Below, piece by piece: positions 29,246 through 38,867 of a stretch of 64,000 bases of DNA. The translations under genes were made by a program, and so were the position numbers. The stretch spans positions 1,408,001 through 1,472,000 of the forward strand of contig CP084167.1 in NCBI GenBank assembly GCA_021513715.1. The letters run 5' to 3'. The stretch comes from Candidatus Heimdallarchaeum endolithica. GTDB taxonomy: Archaea; Asgardarchaeota; Heimdallarchaeia; Heimdallarchaeales; Heimdallarchaeaceae. Below the pieces are notes generated by a model. The model saw only the letters and a list, made by a program, of their open reading frames with translations. It searched no databases and had not been told where the DNA came from. Numbering within the stretch: the stretch's first letter is position 1; each line of letters starts with the position of its first letter.

Positions 29246-29845
29246 ATGTCAACAAAATATTTCTGTCCCAACTGTGGTGCAGCAGTCACCCCAGAAGATA
29301 AATTTTGTCAGAATTGTGGAACAAAACTAGAGGGAGGAACTGCACAAGGAGTTTCTGCTCCAGCTTACCAAGCACCTGTCTCACAATCTGGCCCAGTAAC
29401 ACCTACCCCCACTTATCAACCATCCCAACCTTATCAACCCTATCAACCATATGTAGACAGCCAGAGGATACAACAAGTTAGTACTGTTGATCCTTCCCAA
29501 TATATGAGGATAAAAGCATCTTTAGGTAATAGGTGTGTAGCCTACTTAATTGATTCCATAATTTGGACTTTGATTTCTAGTTTTAGCGGAGGACTTGGTA
29601 TTTGTGCCGTACCATTCAAAGACTCTATTCCTGAAGAAGGAAAATCATTTGGAAAACAAGCAATGCATATACGCGTAGTAGATTATAATACAGGAAGACC
29701 AATGACAGTAGGTCAAGGTTTTGTAAGAAATTGTTTGGGCTATTTAGTAACTTTAGGACTTGATTTCTTCATCCCTATCTGTACAAGTGATGGTAGAAGA
29801 GTTGGAGATTACCTAGCAGGAACAATAGTAATAGAGGATATGTAA
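29246..29845 (+). CDS. Zinc-ribbon plus P/Q-rich linker plus RDD family membrane protein
   Basis: FCPNCG...FCQNCG; QPY repeats; R..AYLID, S.GK.AM.IRVV, RN and RR.GD.LAGT.V. Confidence 0.9.
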   Translation: MSTKYFCPNCGAAVTPEDKFCQNCGTKLEGGTAQGVSAPAYQAPVSQSGPVTPTPTYQPSQPYQPYQPYVDSQRIQQVSTVDPSQYMRIKASLGNRCVAYLIDSIIWTLISSFSGGLGICAVPFKDSIPEEGKSFGKQAMHIRVVDYNTGRPMTVGQGFVRNCLGYLVTLGLDFFIPICTSDGRRVGDYLAGTIVIEDM

Positions 29846-29872
29846 TCTTTTCAATTTTTTTGGTTGCTTCCA

Positions 29873-31960
29873 ATGGTTGATTACAATTTAAAGCAAATAA
29901 AAGAATTATACAAAAAGAGGTCGTTTAGTGTAGCTTTGTCTATCATCCAAGAAAAACTTTCTGAAGCTGATGATAGCCAAAATATGTGGGAGTATTACTT
30001 CTACTTAGCACAAGTTCAATATATGCTTGGAAGAAACAAAGATGCTTTAAAATCCATACAAAAAACGTTACTACTTATTAAAGAAAACCAAATTGAAATC
30101 AAGAATATGATAGAGATTCAGATTGCGAATGGTAAGATTTTACGAAGAAATAACAAACTTCAGGAAGCAAAGCAGATCTATTTAGATTTACTGAAAAAAG
30201 ATGAGAAATATATTGATAAAGAAGAAAAAATCAAAATATATCATAATTTAGCTAATGTTTATTTAGAATTAAAAGAATACAAAGAGACAGAAAGGTTACT
30301 AGAAAAAGCTCTATCACTTTCCAAAGAATTAGGAAAAGAAGAAAAAATAGCTACAGTCTATTCAAGTTTAGCAGCTCTAAAATATCTATTAGGTGATGTG
30401 GATAGAGCTTTACATTATTACTCAAAAAGTTTAGAAATCAGAGAAAAACTTCAAGACAAACAAGGAAAAGCAACATTATATTTTAACATTGGAACAATAT
30501 ACTCCAACATACAAGATAGAGAAAATGCAGAAAAATACCTTTTAAAAGCTATAAATTTATTCAAGACTGTCAATAATCAAAGAGGTGAAATTATAACTAA
30601 AGAAACACTTGCGATTATGTATTATAATTTAGGAGAGATAAAAGAAACTATTAAATGGTTAGATCATCTTATTGAACTTCCAGAATATAATCTTAAACAA
30701 CTTCCTAAAGCAGTTATTCTCATTGATTGCCTAATGAAACAAAATAATCTTCAGCTATTAGAAATTATTCTATCAAAATCATTGATCACAATAAACAAAG
30801 CAGACAAAAATCAAATAGAAAAATATTGGAAAGAAGTCTTTCAAATTAAGTACATCTATTGTACTCTTATTTTAGATAAAAAAGACCATAAAAAAGCATT
30901 AGAGATATTAGATGAACTCAAAAAAGAAGAAAATGTAAGAAATAACTGGAATAATGTTATTTTAGTTAGTTTAGAAAAAGCTCGCATATATGAAAATTTG
31001 TTAGAGTTTGAACATACAATCAACGAATTAGAAATTGTAGAAGAAATAGGAAAAAAACAAAAGAGAGATATTAAACTTGTTCTAATAAAAGAAAGCCAGA
31101 TATATTTTATATTGGGAAAATACAAAAAAGCCCAAAGAAAACTCGAGAGTTTAAAAGAATTGATTGAAAATAAACACAAATATGTCATTGAAACAATTAT
31201 TCGTTCATTGAAAATTGCTTTAAGACAAAAAGTTCCAGATTCTACTAAATTATTAGAAATGGATAACAAAAATATTGATTATGAATTGGTTTTCTTACAA
31301 AATATACTGGTTCAAATTCAAAAAAACAGTTTACAAATTAAGAAAATAGACAAATTATGTAAAAAAATAGGAATATGTAGCGAAAGATTGACTTTTTCTA
31401 ACTATCTTTTGGTTCATAAATTGTTAACAAACGAAGAGTTAGATAGAGAACTTTATCTGGAAAGCAATTCAAGGTTAGAACAAATTTACAGGAGAGTTAT
31501 TGAAAATCAGATACTTCCTGAAGAATTCAGAGAACACTTTGAAAATTTATTTCAGAAAGGTTCGTGGAACTATAAAGAAAAAAGTAGAATTCTCGATATT
31601 TTATGCATAGGAGTTTTAAATGATTTAATATCAAAAAATGTCATTACTCAACTTTCTTGGAAAAAAGAAGAAATAGAAATTAATGAAAGTTTATTAAATA
31701 TAAAGAAAATATTGTATACCAAAATCATTGAAGCACATTCACTTTCTGATTTCCAGTTAGAAAATAGAGAAACAGGAGTATTTTTACTAAAAGAATCCCA
31801 ACTATTTGTTAAACAGTTGATTTATACGATAACAGATTTTATAAAAAGTAATTATTCAAATTTGACAAGAGAACAAATTCAAACATATTTGTTTATAGTT
31901 GTAAAAGTAACTATAGGAACAATTGAACAGTTATTTTTAGTTGATTTTAATGAAAGATAG
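29873..31960 (+). CDS. Tetratricopeptide repeat protein
   Basis: Repeated ...NLA.VY.....Y.EA...L.KAL / A..Y.NIG.IY units in the N-terminal half. Confidence 0.85.
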   Translation: MVDYNLKQIKELYKKRSFSVALSIIQEKLSEADDSQNMWEYYFYLAQVQYMLGRNKDALKSIQKTLLLIKENQIEIKNMIEIQIANGKILRRNNKLQEAKQIYLDLLKKDEKYIDKEEKIKIYHNLANVYLELKEYKETERLLEKALSLSKELGKEEKIATVYSSLAALKYLLGDVDRALHYYSKSLEIREKLQDKQGKATLYFNIGTIYSNIQDRENAEKYLLKAINLFKTVNNQRGEIITKETLAIMYYNLGEIKETIKWLDHLIELPEYNLKQLPKAVILIDCLMKQNNLQLLEIILSKSLITINKADKNQIEKYWKEVFQIKYIYCTLILDKKDHKKALEILDELKKEENVRNNWNNVILVSLEKARIYENLLEFEHTINELEIVEEIGKKQKRDIKLVLIKESQIYFILGKYKKAQRKLESLKELIENKHKYVIETIIRSLKIALRQKVPDSTKLLEMDNKNIDYELVFLQNILVQIQKNSLQIKKIDKLCKKIGICSERLTFSNYLLVHKLLTNEELDRELYLESNSRLEQIYRRVIENQILPEEFREHFENLFQKGSWNYKEKSRILDILCIGVLNDLISKNVITQLSWKKEEIEINESLLNIKKILYTKIIEAHSLSDFQLENRETGVFLLKESQLFVKQLIYTITDFIKSNYSNLTREQIQTYLFIVVKVTIGTIEQLFLVDFNER

Positions 31961-32531
31961 TGAAAAAAAAGCTAGATGGATGCTTTACCCTTATCGTCTT
32001 GCTCATCACCCAATATGTGAGAAATATAAAGATCATGTGTATACTATAAAAGGAATAAAAGTTTGTAGAGGATGCTTTAACCTCTATCTAGGTCAGATAA
32101 CTGGATTAGTTTTAGCTTTTATTTTAAGCTTCATTTTAGATGTAGAATTTTGGATACCTTTCACTTTAACTTTTATCCTCTATTCTTTTACATTACTTAA
32201 TCTAAAGTTTGAAATTCCCAGAATAATAAAAGATTTTTTTAGATTCTTATTAGGAATAGCTGTAATAATGTCTTATTTAACAATAATACTTGCAATATTC
32301 GAGTTAATTGCAGGAATAAATATTCTTGCTATAATCTCTCTTTTCTTAATTGTATTGACACATTTTTTGTCAAGAACACTTTTAGTAAAATGGAGAAATA
32401 ATCAAAATAGAAAAATCTGTCTCAATTGCGAACAATACCATTTACCTAGATGTGATGGAATGAAATTAGCTTATGATCGGATGATTTCTCTTAAAGTTTC
32501 AGAATTGGGAGATGCCTTTAGTGATGATTGA
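31950..32531 (+). CDS. Membrane protein with His/Cys clusters (DUF2085-like)
   Basis: HHP.C....H......VCRGC, four TM helices and a C-terminal CxxC...C. Confidence 0.6.
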   Translation: MKDSEKKARWMLYPYRLAHHPICEKYKDHVYTIKGIKVCRGCFNLYLGQITGLVLAFILSFILDVEFWIPFTLTFILYSFTLLNLKFEIPRIIKDFFRFLLGIAVIMSYLTIILAIFELIAGINILAIISLFLIVLTHFLSRTLLVKWRNNQNRKICLNCEQYHLPRCDGMKLAYDRMISLKVSELGDAFSDD

Positions 32532-32588
32532 TATTCTTTTCTTGCAAAAAAGTTTTAAAAAAAAATTAAAGCCTTACTTGAATACTAA

Positions 32589-34160
32589 ATGGCAATAAAC
32601 ACATTAACACTAAACATTTTAGGATTGGTTATTTTATTTATTTTCGTTTTTTCTGTTCTAGCTACAGCAGAAATATTGAAACGAAAACATCTTTTAGGAG
32701 GAAAAACATCAAGAAAGCTAATTCATATTTTAGTTGGCAACGTTGTTATTGTTTTTCCATTTATTTTTTCAAAATTATGGTTTGCTTTAGTTGGACCTTT
32801 GTTTTTTGTATTATTTACTTACTTAACTTGCCCTGGAAGCCCTATTAAAAAAATCAGGTTGAAAAGCGTTGAAGAAGGACACACTTATGGTACAGTTTTT
32901 TATGCCATATCTTTAACTGTTCTTGTAATTTTATTTTTTGAACCAGAGCACTTCAGCCAAAAAAATGTAATAATTTTTGCTTCTTTTCTTCCTCTAGTAT
33001 GGGGGGATGGAATTAGTGCTGTTGTTGGTTTAAAGTATGGTAAAAAAGGGGAATTTAAGATATTTCAAGACAAAAAATCACTAATTGGAAGTTGGTCTCT
33101 GACTATTTCTTCTTTAGTTGTAGTTACCATTATATTGACCTTTTTCAAAATTAATTTCTTTGTTTCTCTCTATATTGGATTACTTGTATCTTTTATCTCA
33201 ACTATAATTGAGGTTGTTTCACCAAAAGGGTTGGATAATATCACTATACCATTAGTAAATGCTCTGGTTCTCTATTTAATGTTTAAATCGTTAAATGAAA
33301 ATTATAATAGATTAGAAGAAAGGATATCAAAAACTATAATCCTTGTCGCATTATGTTTGTCTTTTGTCATAGCTGTGACAAGCATTTTAGTCAAAGCTTT
33401 AACTTGGGATGGAGCTCTAGCTGGATTCTTTTTTGGGATTGCCATTTTTGGATTAGGAGGGTGGAGTTGGGGAGCTATGTATTTTGCCTTTTTTTTGATT
33501 GGAAGTTTGACCACTTTCTTCAAGAAAAAGGAAAAAAGGGAAGTAATCAACGAATTTGAAAAGGGGTCTACTGCGAGAGATAGTTTACAAGCTTCTGTAA
33601 ATAGTATTATTCCAGTAATCGCAGCTTTATTAAACATCCTCTTTCCATCAAACCTTTTCACTGTTATTACAGCAGGAGCTTTAGCAACAAGTCTGAGCGA
33701 TACTTTATCTACAGAAATAGGATCCTTATCTAAAAAGAATCCGAGAGAAGCAATAAAACCATGGAAAGAAGCAATAAAAGGCGATCCTGGAGCAGTATCA
33801 GTATTAGGCACACTAGCTTCAGTATTAGGTTCAGGAATAATAGCTTTTACGGGGTGGTTAGCTAGTTTGTTTGAAAAAACTTCTTTGTTTCATAATAATT
33901 CATTGTTATTAATTTTATTAATTACATTGAGCGGGTTTATAGGAGCTTACTTTGATAGTATTTTTGCTGAAACAATACAACGCTTAAATAGATGTGTAAT
34001 CTGCGGTAAAATAACAGAAAAGACTTATCATTGTGAAACAAAAACTGAACATTTTAGGGGCATTAAATTCATAAAAAATGATTTAGTAAACCTATTAAGC
34101 ATTGCAGTAGGTTCAATTTGCGCTATTATCTTTGTATTCCTTTTTGGGCTATTGTATTAA
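32589..34160 (+). CDS. Phytol/dolichol kinase-like (CTP_transf_1) plus DUF92 (TMEM19/VTE6-like) fusion
   Basis: N half: SRKLIH, WGDG...VVG..YG, KS..GS, E......LDN. C half: KALT.DG, R...Q...N, SDT.STEIG, G..GAVS..GT, DS, C..C....E...HC and ND.VN. Confidence 0.88.
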   Translation: MAINTLTLNILGLVILFIFVFSVLATAEILKRKHLLGGKTSRKLIHILVGNVVIVFPFIFSKLWFALVGPLFFVLFTYLTCPGSPIKKIRLKSVEEGHTYGTVFYAISLTVLVILFFEPEHFSQKNVIIFASFLPLVWGDGISAVVGLKYGKKGEFKIFQDKKSLIGSWSLTISSLVVVTIILTFFKINFFVSLYIGLLVSFISTIIEVVSPKGLDNITIPLVNALVLYLMFKSLNENYNRLEERISKTIILVALCLSFVIAVTSILVKALTWDGALAGFFFGIAIFGLGGWSWGAMYFAFFLIGSLTTFFKKKEKREVINEFEKGSTARDSLQASVNSIIPVIAALLNILFPSNLFTVITAGALATSLSDTLSTEIGSLSKKNPREAIKPWKEAIKGDPGAVSVLGTLASVLGSGIIAFTGWLASLFEKTSLFHNNSLLLILLITLSGFIGAYFDSIFAETIQRLNRCVICGKITEKTYHCETKTEHFRGIKFIKNDLVNLLSIAVGSICAIIFVFLFGLLY

Positions 34161-35433
34161 CAATGGTAAATTCAACTTCCTCCTTATCTGACAAACATTC
34201 AATACCAGGCAGTAGTTCACCCTTCATTAAAGCTAGACTTGCACCTCCACCAGTGGATATAAAACTGATATTATCTTGAAAACCAAATTTCTCAAAAGCT
34301 GCAGCAGAGTCTCCACCACATATGATAGAATAAATTTTATTTTCTATTAAAAATCTTGCAATTTCTTTTGTTCCGTTTTCAAAGTCTTCTTTTTCAAAAA
34401 CTCCAAGAGGTCCTTGCCATATTACTTGTTTTGAGTCCTTGAGCACATCCTTAAATAGTTTAATTGTTTCACTGCCTATATCTACACCCATATGATTTTC
34501 TTGTATTGTTGTAATGGGTACTTCTTCAACATGTGTTGGGTCATCTAACTCATCACAAACCACAACATCAACAGGCAAATAGATCTTTGTCCCATTTAAA
34601 TTCGATTCGTGTAAATAACTTCTTACATCATCTAATTTTGACACATCTATTACTGATTTGCCTACATTATATCCTTTAGCAGAGAGAAAAGTATAAGCCA
34701 TTCCTCCGCCAATTATTATATTATCTGCAACACCAATCAAGTATTTTATTACATCAAGTTTGTCTTTTACCTTTTTTCCACCTAGAATTACAGTAAACGG
34801 ACGTCTTGGATTACTTAAAGCTTGGCTGAAAAATTTTAGCTCTTTCTCTACTAAAAAACCATATCCAGATTCTTTAAAATATTCTGTAACACCATAGGTT
34901 GAAGCATGCTTTCGATGAGATGTAGCAAAAGCATCATTAATATATATATCAGCTAATTTTGCTAATTGCCTAGCAAATTCAGGATCATTAGCTTTTTCAC
35001 CAGGATGAAAACGAGGATTTTCTAACAACAATATTTCTCCTGGATTAAGTTTTTTCACCATTTGTTCAACTTCTGGGCCAATACAATCCTTAGCCCTATA
35101 AACAGTTGTAAGTGGAAAAAACTCTTTTAATCTTTTATACACTGGAAGTAAATTAAAACGCTCATCTTTCTTTCCCCCTGGCCTCCCCAAATGTGATATT
35201 ACTACTATCTTACAGTTTTCATTGTGAAGATAGAAAAGTGTTGGTAATGTAAATCTAATTCTTCTTGCGTCTGTTATCTGTCTATAATCATTTAATGGTA
35301 CATTGAAATCGACCCTTACTAAAACAGTCTTATTTCGCAGATCTATATCAGTTATGGATTTTTTCTGTTTAAATTTTAGGATATTCTGCATTTTTTCTAG
35401 TGTTTCATCATCTAAATGCTTGTTATAGTTCAT
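34126..35433 (-). CDS. pgk: Phosphoglycerate kinase (bacterial/eukaryotic-type signature)
   Basis: RVDFNVPL, SHLGRP, LLEN.RF, NDAF...HR.HAS, GGGMAYTF, GGDS and STGGGASL. Confidence 0.97.
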   Translation of the reverse strand: MNYNKHLDDETLEKMQNILKFKQKKSITDIDLRNKTVLVRVDFNVPLNDYRQITDARRIRFTLPTLFYLHNENCKIVVISHLGRPGGKKDERFNLLPVYKRLKEFFPLTTVYRAKDCIGPEVEQMVKKLNPGEILLLENPRFHPGEKANDPEFARQLAKLADIYINDAFATSHRKHASTYGVTEYFKESGYGFLVEKELKFFSQALSNPRRPFTVILGGKKVKDKLDVIKYLIGVADNIIIGGGMAYTFLSAKGYNVGKSVIDVSKLDDVRSYLHESNLNGTKIYLPVDVVVCDELDDPTHVEEVPITTIQENHMGVDIGSETIKLFKDVLKDSKQVIWQGPLGVFEKEDFENGTKEIARFLIENKIYSIICGGDSAAAFEKFGFQDNISFISTGGGASLALMKGELLPGIECLSDKEEVEFTIVNTIAQKGIQR

Positions 35434-35462
35434 TCAGTTAACCCCAATGTTACTAATAAGCG

Positions 35463-35483
35463 ATACGTATTTTCAATACGTAT
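35463..35483. promoter_or_regulatory. Palindromic operator candidate upstream of pgk
   Basis: Perfect inverted repeat ATACGTATT-TTC-AATACGTAT, 30-50 bp upstream of the pgk start. Confidence 0.5.
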
Positions 35484-35623
35484 GGCCAACAACTGAAACA
35501 AATATGAGATACTATTAAAACATTGCCCTCCCAGCATAAACTATAATTTTAAACGAGAAAAAAATTATAAATTAAGATGTAAATAGCAAAAAATATTAAG
35601 AATAAAGCATGTTTTTTTTGTGA

Positions 35624-36121
35624 ATGGAGCACAAGAATCAAGAAATTAAATATAAAATAAATGAAGCAACATTAGAAGACATTACAAACATAGTACAACT
35701 TTGGAAAGAAGCAATTGATTTGCATGCAAGTATGGATAAATCGTTTATTTTACTAGAAAATGGGGAAGAAAAGTATGCAAGCTTCTTAAGAGAAGCGATA
35801 TTTTCAGAAAAGCAAGTAATATTAAAAGCTGAAAATGAGGATAGAGAACTATTAGGCTTTATCTTTGGTTACATCAGCGAAAAAAGCATGTTTTTTAAAA
35901 GAAAGATTACAGCTCATATCAGTGACATTGTAGTTCATAAAAATCACAGAAAAAAAGGTATTGGAACCAGATTAATGGAAAGATTTGAAAAAGGTTTTGC
36001 TAAAAAGTTTAATGCTTCTTCAATCACTCTTTATGTTCACCCATTAAATGAAATAGCACTAAAATTTTACGACAAACTAAAATTTAGAGAGCAATTAAGG
36101 CTACTAATAAAAGAGATATAA
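35624..36121 (+). CDS. GNAT family N-acetyltransferase
   Basis: I.DIVV...HRKKGIGTRLM and L.V...N..A..FY.KL.F. Confidence 0.92.
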   Translation: MEHKNQEIKYKINEATLEDITNIVQLWKEAIDLHASMDKSFILLENGEEKYASFLREAIFSEKQVILKAENEDRELLGFIFGYISEKSMFFKRKITAHISDIVVHKNHRKKGIGTRLMERFEKGFAKKFNASSITLYVHPLNEIALKFYDKLKFREQLRLLIKEI

Positions 36122-36142
36122 TATATGCTTATTTTTTGAAAT

Positions 36143-36562
36143 TCAGACTAAAACACCTATTGAAAAATTAGAAGAAGGATAATATTTTGTCTCACTCTTT
36201 CTCAAAATAAAACCCATTCCAGTACCTACAGAAGTAGAAAATAGTCCTAATTTACCATTCTTTAATCTTAATACAATCTCTACTTTTCTTTTTGGAAAAA
36301 CCTTCTTTTCTATGGTAAACAAAACTTCATTTTCTTTTACACTAAATTCTTTTTCAATAACACTTTTATCATCAACTAACAGAACAATTTGTGCAACAGT
36401 ACCTTTTTCCAATTTAGAAAATTTAGCAATTATACCACTAATTCCTGAGTCTTTAAAAAGAATACCAGCAAATATTTGTTTTACTGAAAATATTTCTTCT
36501 CCTAACCACAGAATTTTAAAAGAAGGGGATGAAACGTCATATCCCCAAAGTATTTCAGTCAT
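36143..36562 (-). CDS. Hypothetical protein
   Basis: 139-aa ORF starting 5 bp after the stop of the upstream minus-strand gene. Confidence 0.55.
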   Translation of the reverse strand: MTEILWGYDVSSPSFKILWLGEEIFSVKQIFAGILFKDSGISGIIAKFSKLEKGTVAQIVLLVDDKSVIEKEFSVKENEVLFTIEKKVFPKRKVEIVLRLKNGKLGLFSTSVGTGMGFILRKSETKYYPSSNFSIGVLV

Positions 36563-36566
36563 TTTT

Positions 36567-37529
36567 TCACCTTTTCTTTTGTTTTAGATACAAGACGATA
36601 ACTGAAATTAACGTTAATGAAACAACAAATATTGGAAAGTTAAATGGTAAACCTTTTGATTTGTAGAAGTAGTTAAGTAAATTGTTCACAAAGAGTTTCC
36701 CTTGAATTGCACTCCCATGTTCTCCTTCTTCACCATACATATTCTTGTATGAACTAAATAACACTTCACCAGATACGATAAGATGTGATTCCCCAAAGTC
36801 CTCATAGACAACTGCAGGATAGTTTCCTTTTTCATCTAAAGAAGTATAAAAATCGCTTTCAGTATTACTATAATCTTGATCTAACATTTCAGCAGAGTCA
36901 TTGTAAGAAAAAATAACTTCTACCCCCTCTATTGTTTCTGATCGCAAATCCACGAAATTCCCATTTTCCATACCATATACAGCAGTTGGACCATGTAGTA
37001 ACAATCTTTCAACTCCTTCATTAACAACACCACCAATAGTTCCTGTTCCAGGGTTTGTTGCTATAACTCGGTATCCAGTTCCATCATTAGAATATAAATC
37101 AGAAACTGCACCAGAATCTAATCTCAATTTAGAATCAAGGAATTCTAACAACGGGTTAATTGACTTATGAGATATAAATTGTCCAGCATAATCAGAGTCC
37201 CCAGCGATCCACAGTAATTTATCATCATTTGCAAACCATGTTTTAATAATAGTCATTTCATCAGATGTATAGTTTATTTTAGAAGCGGGTATCAGCAATA
37301 TGTTATAATCATCAATATGTGTAAAATTTTCTATTTCATCAACAACATTACCACTTTCCAAATAATCTGTTTCAAAAAGATCATAGGTGATGTGCACAGG
37401 AGAGTGCCCAATGTCAATAGCTATTTTTTTCTTAGATAACTTAATTTCTGAAGCATTCACTAAAAAAACAAAAGAAATTTGTTCAGTTATTAAAAATAAT
37501 AAAAATATAGTTGCTAATTGTTTTTTCAT
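36567..37529 (-). CDS. Secreted, C-terminally anchored GIFT/DUF4350-like (class I GATase-like fold) protein
   Basis: Signal peptide; IAIDIGH, LWIAGDSDY, NDG..YRV.A, HGP and GNYPAVV; TM plus KQKKR tail; paralog of 37709-38698. Confidence 0.75.
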   Translation of the reverse strand: MKKQLATIFLLFLITEQISFVFLVNASEIKLSKKKIAIDIGHSPVHITYDLFETDYLESGNVVDEIENFTHIDDYNILLIPASKINYTSDEMTIIKTWFANDDKLLWIAGDSDYAGQFISHKSINPLLEFLDSKLRLDSGAVSDLYSNDGTGYRVIATNPGTGTIGGVVNEGVERLLLHGPTAVYGMENGNFVDLRSETIEGVEVIFSYNDSAEMLDQDYSNTESDFYTSLDEKGNYPAVVYEDFGESHLIVSGEVLFSSYKNMYGEEGEHGSAIQGKLFVNNLLNYFYKSKGLPFNFPIFVVSLTLISVIVLYLKQKKR

Positions 37530-37708
37530 AGGAGGAAGAGAACTATTTTTTTTAAAAAAGTTTATGTTTAGTCTTGTTATTGGAAATTGCACATCAAAAA
37601 GAATAATGTCGGTTTTTTATATTTTTTAAATTCTATTATATTCGATGAGAAATATTTAATTATTGGAATATTATAACATATTCAGCACAATAGTGCGGTG
37701 AAAAAAAG

Positions 37709-38698
37709 ATGAAAAAAACAATTGTAGGCCTACTTCTAATAGTGACAGTTTTAGCCACTATTCCTTCAACTTTTGCTTATGACACATCAATCAAAGTAAA
37801 AAATAAAACAATCATGATTGATGTAAGTCATGGAGCATATCATACATCAGTTGAAAATTTCAAGGGAAATCTTACTGAAGCAAAGAATACAGTAGTAATG
37901 TTAGAGAGTGATCTCTTGACTAACTTTACTGCTGACGCAGATGCCCTATTCATGTCAGGGCCAGATGAGATGTACACTGGAGAAGAAACCCAAAAGATCA
38001 AGGACTGGTTCAACCAAGGAGGAAAGTTTCTCTTTATTGGTGGAGATTCTGACTATGGTGGTTACTTCTCACCAGTAGCAATAAACAACCTTCTAAGAAA
38101 CTTAGGAGCTAACATTAGATTAGACAGTACATCTATCAGTGATGAAACAAACAATGATGGAGCATCATACAGAGTCGCAGCTACTCAACCAGGTACTGGA
38201 GATGTTGCCACAAAAGTAACAGAGGGTATGGAAGCTGGATTCATTCTTCATGGACCATGTTCTATACTTGGAATAAATACTACAACAGCAGTTCCTGAAT
38301 ATCTTGATCTAAGAACAGCTACACTACCAAATGTTGAAATTTTATACAAATATTCAGCAGTAGCTGTAGCAACTGACAGTGATGTTAGTGAATTACCAAC
38401 AGACTTATACGCAGAGTCTGAAACAGAAGGAAATTACCCAGCTGTAGTTTTAGAAACAATTGGAAATTCTTACTTAGTACTAGCTGGTGAAGCTATCTTC
38501 ACAGACTATAAATCAATGTATGATCAATTCACTGAAACTGGAGAATATAATGATGGAGTAACCTATGGACAAATGTTCGTTAATAACTTAATTAACTACT
38601 TCCTAGGAGAAGCTCAAGCTCCATTACCAATAGTTCCAGTTGTTGCTGCTTTAGCTTTGTTTGGTGGCGTATTAGTCATTGTTAGAAGAAGAAAATAA
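37709..38698 (+). CDS. Secreted, C-terminally anchored GIFT/DUF4350-like protein (paralog)
   Basis: Signal peptide; IMIDVSHG, LFIGGDSDY, NDGASYRV, HGP and GNYPAVV; TM plus RRRK tail. Confidence 0.8.
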   Translation: MKKTIVGLLLIVTVLATIPSTFAYDTSIKVKNKTIMIDVSHGAYHTSVENFKGNLTEAKNTVVMLESDLLTNFTADADALFMSGPDEMYTGEETQKIKDWFNQGGKFLFIGGDSDYGGYFSPVAINNLLRNLGANIRLDSTSISDETNNDGASYRVAATQPGTGDVATKVTEGMEAGFILHGPCSILGINTTTAVPEYLDLRTATLPNVEILYKYSAVAVATDSDVSELPTDLYAESETEGNYPAVVLETIGNSYLVLAGEAIFTDYKSMYDQFTETGEYNDGVTYGQMFVNNLINYFLGEAQAPLPIVPVVAALALFGGVLVIVRRRK

Positions 38699-38867
38699 AT
38701 AAAGTTTAACTTTATTTATTATTTTTTTATTTTTTTTGTTTTGCTTTGTTTTATCAATAATCTTTATTTTCTTGTCTTCAGTCATAATTTTATAAACTAG
38801 AAGCTTTCAACAGTAAATAAATTTATTAGGGCTAGTACATTATAAATACAAGGACTCTGGGATAATA

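Noticed and set aside
29400-29455. Short tandem repeats (CCTTATCAA-like)
   Set aside because: They encode the QPY low-complexity linker of the RDD protein.
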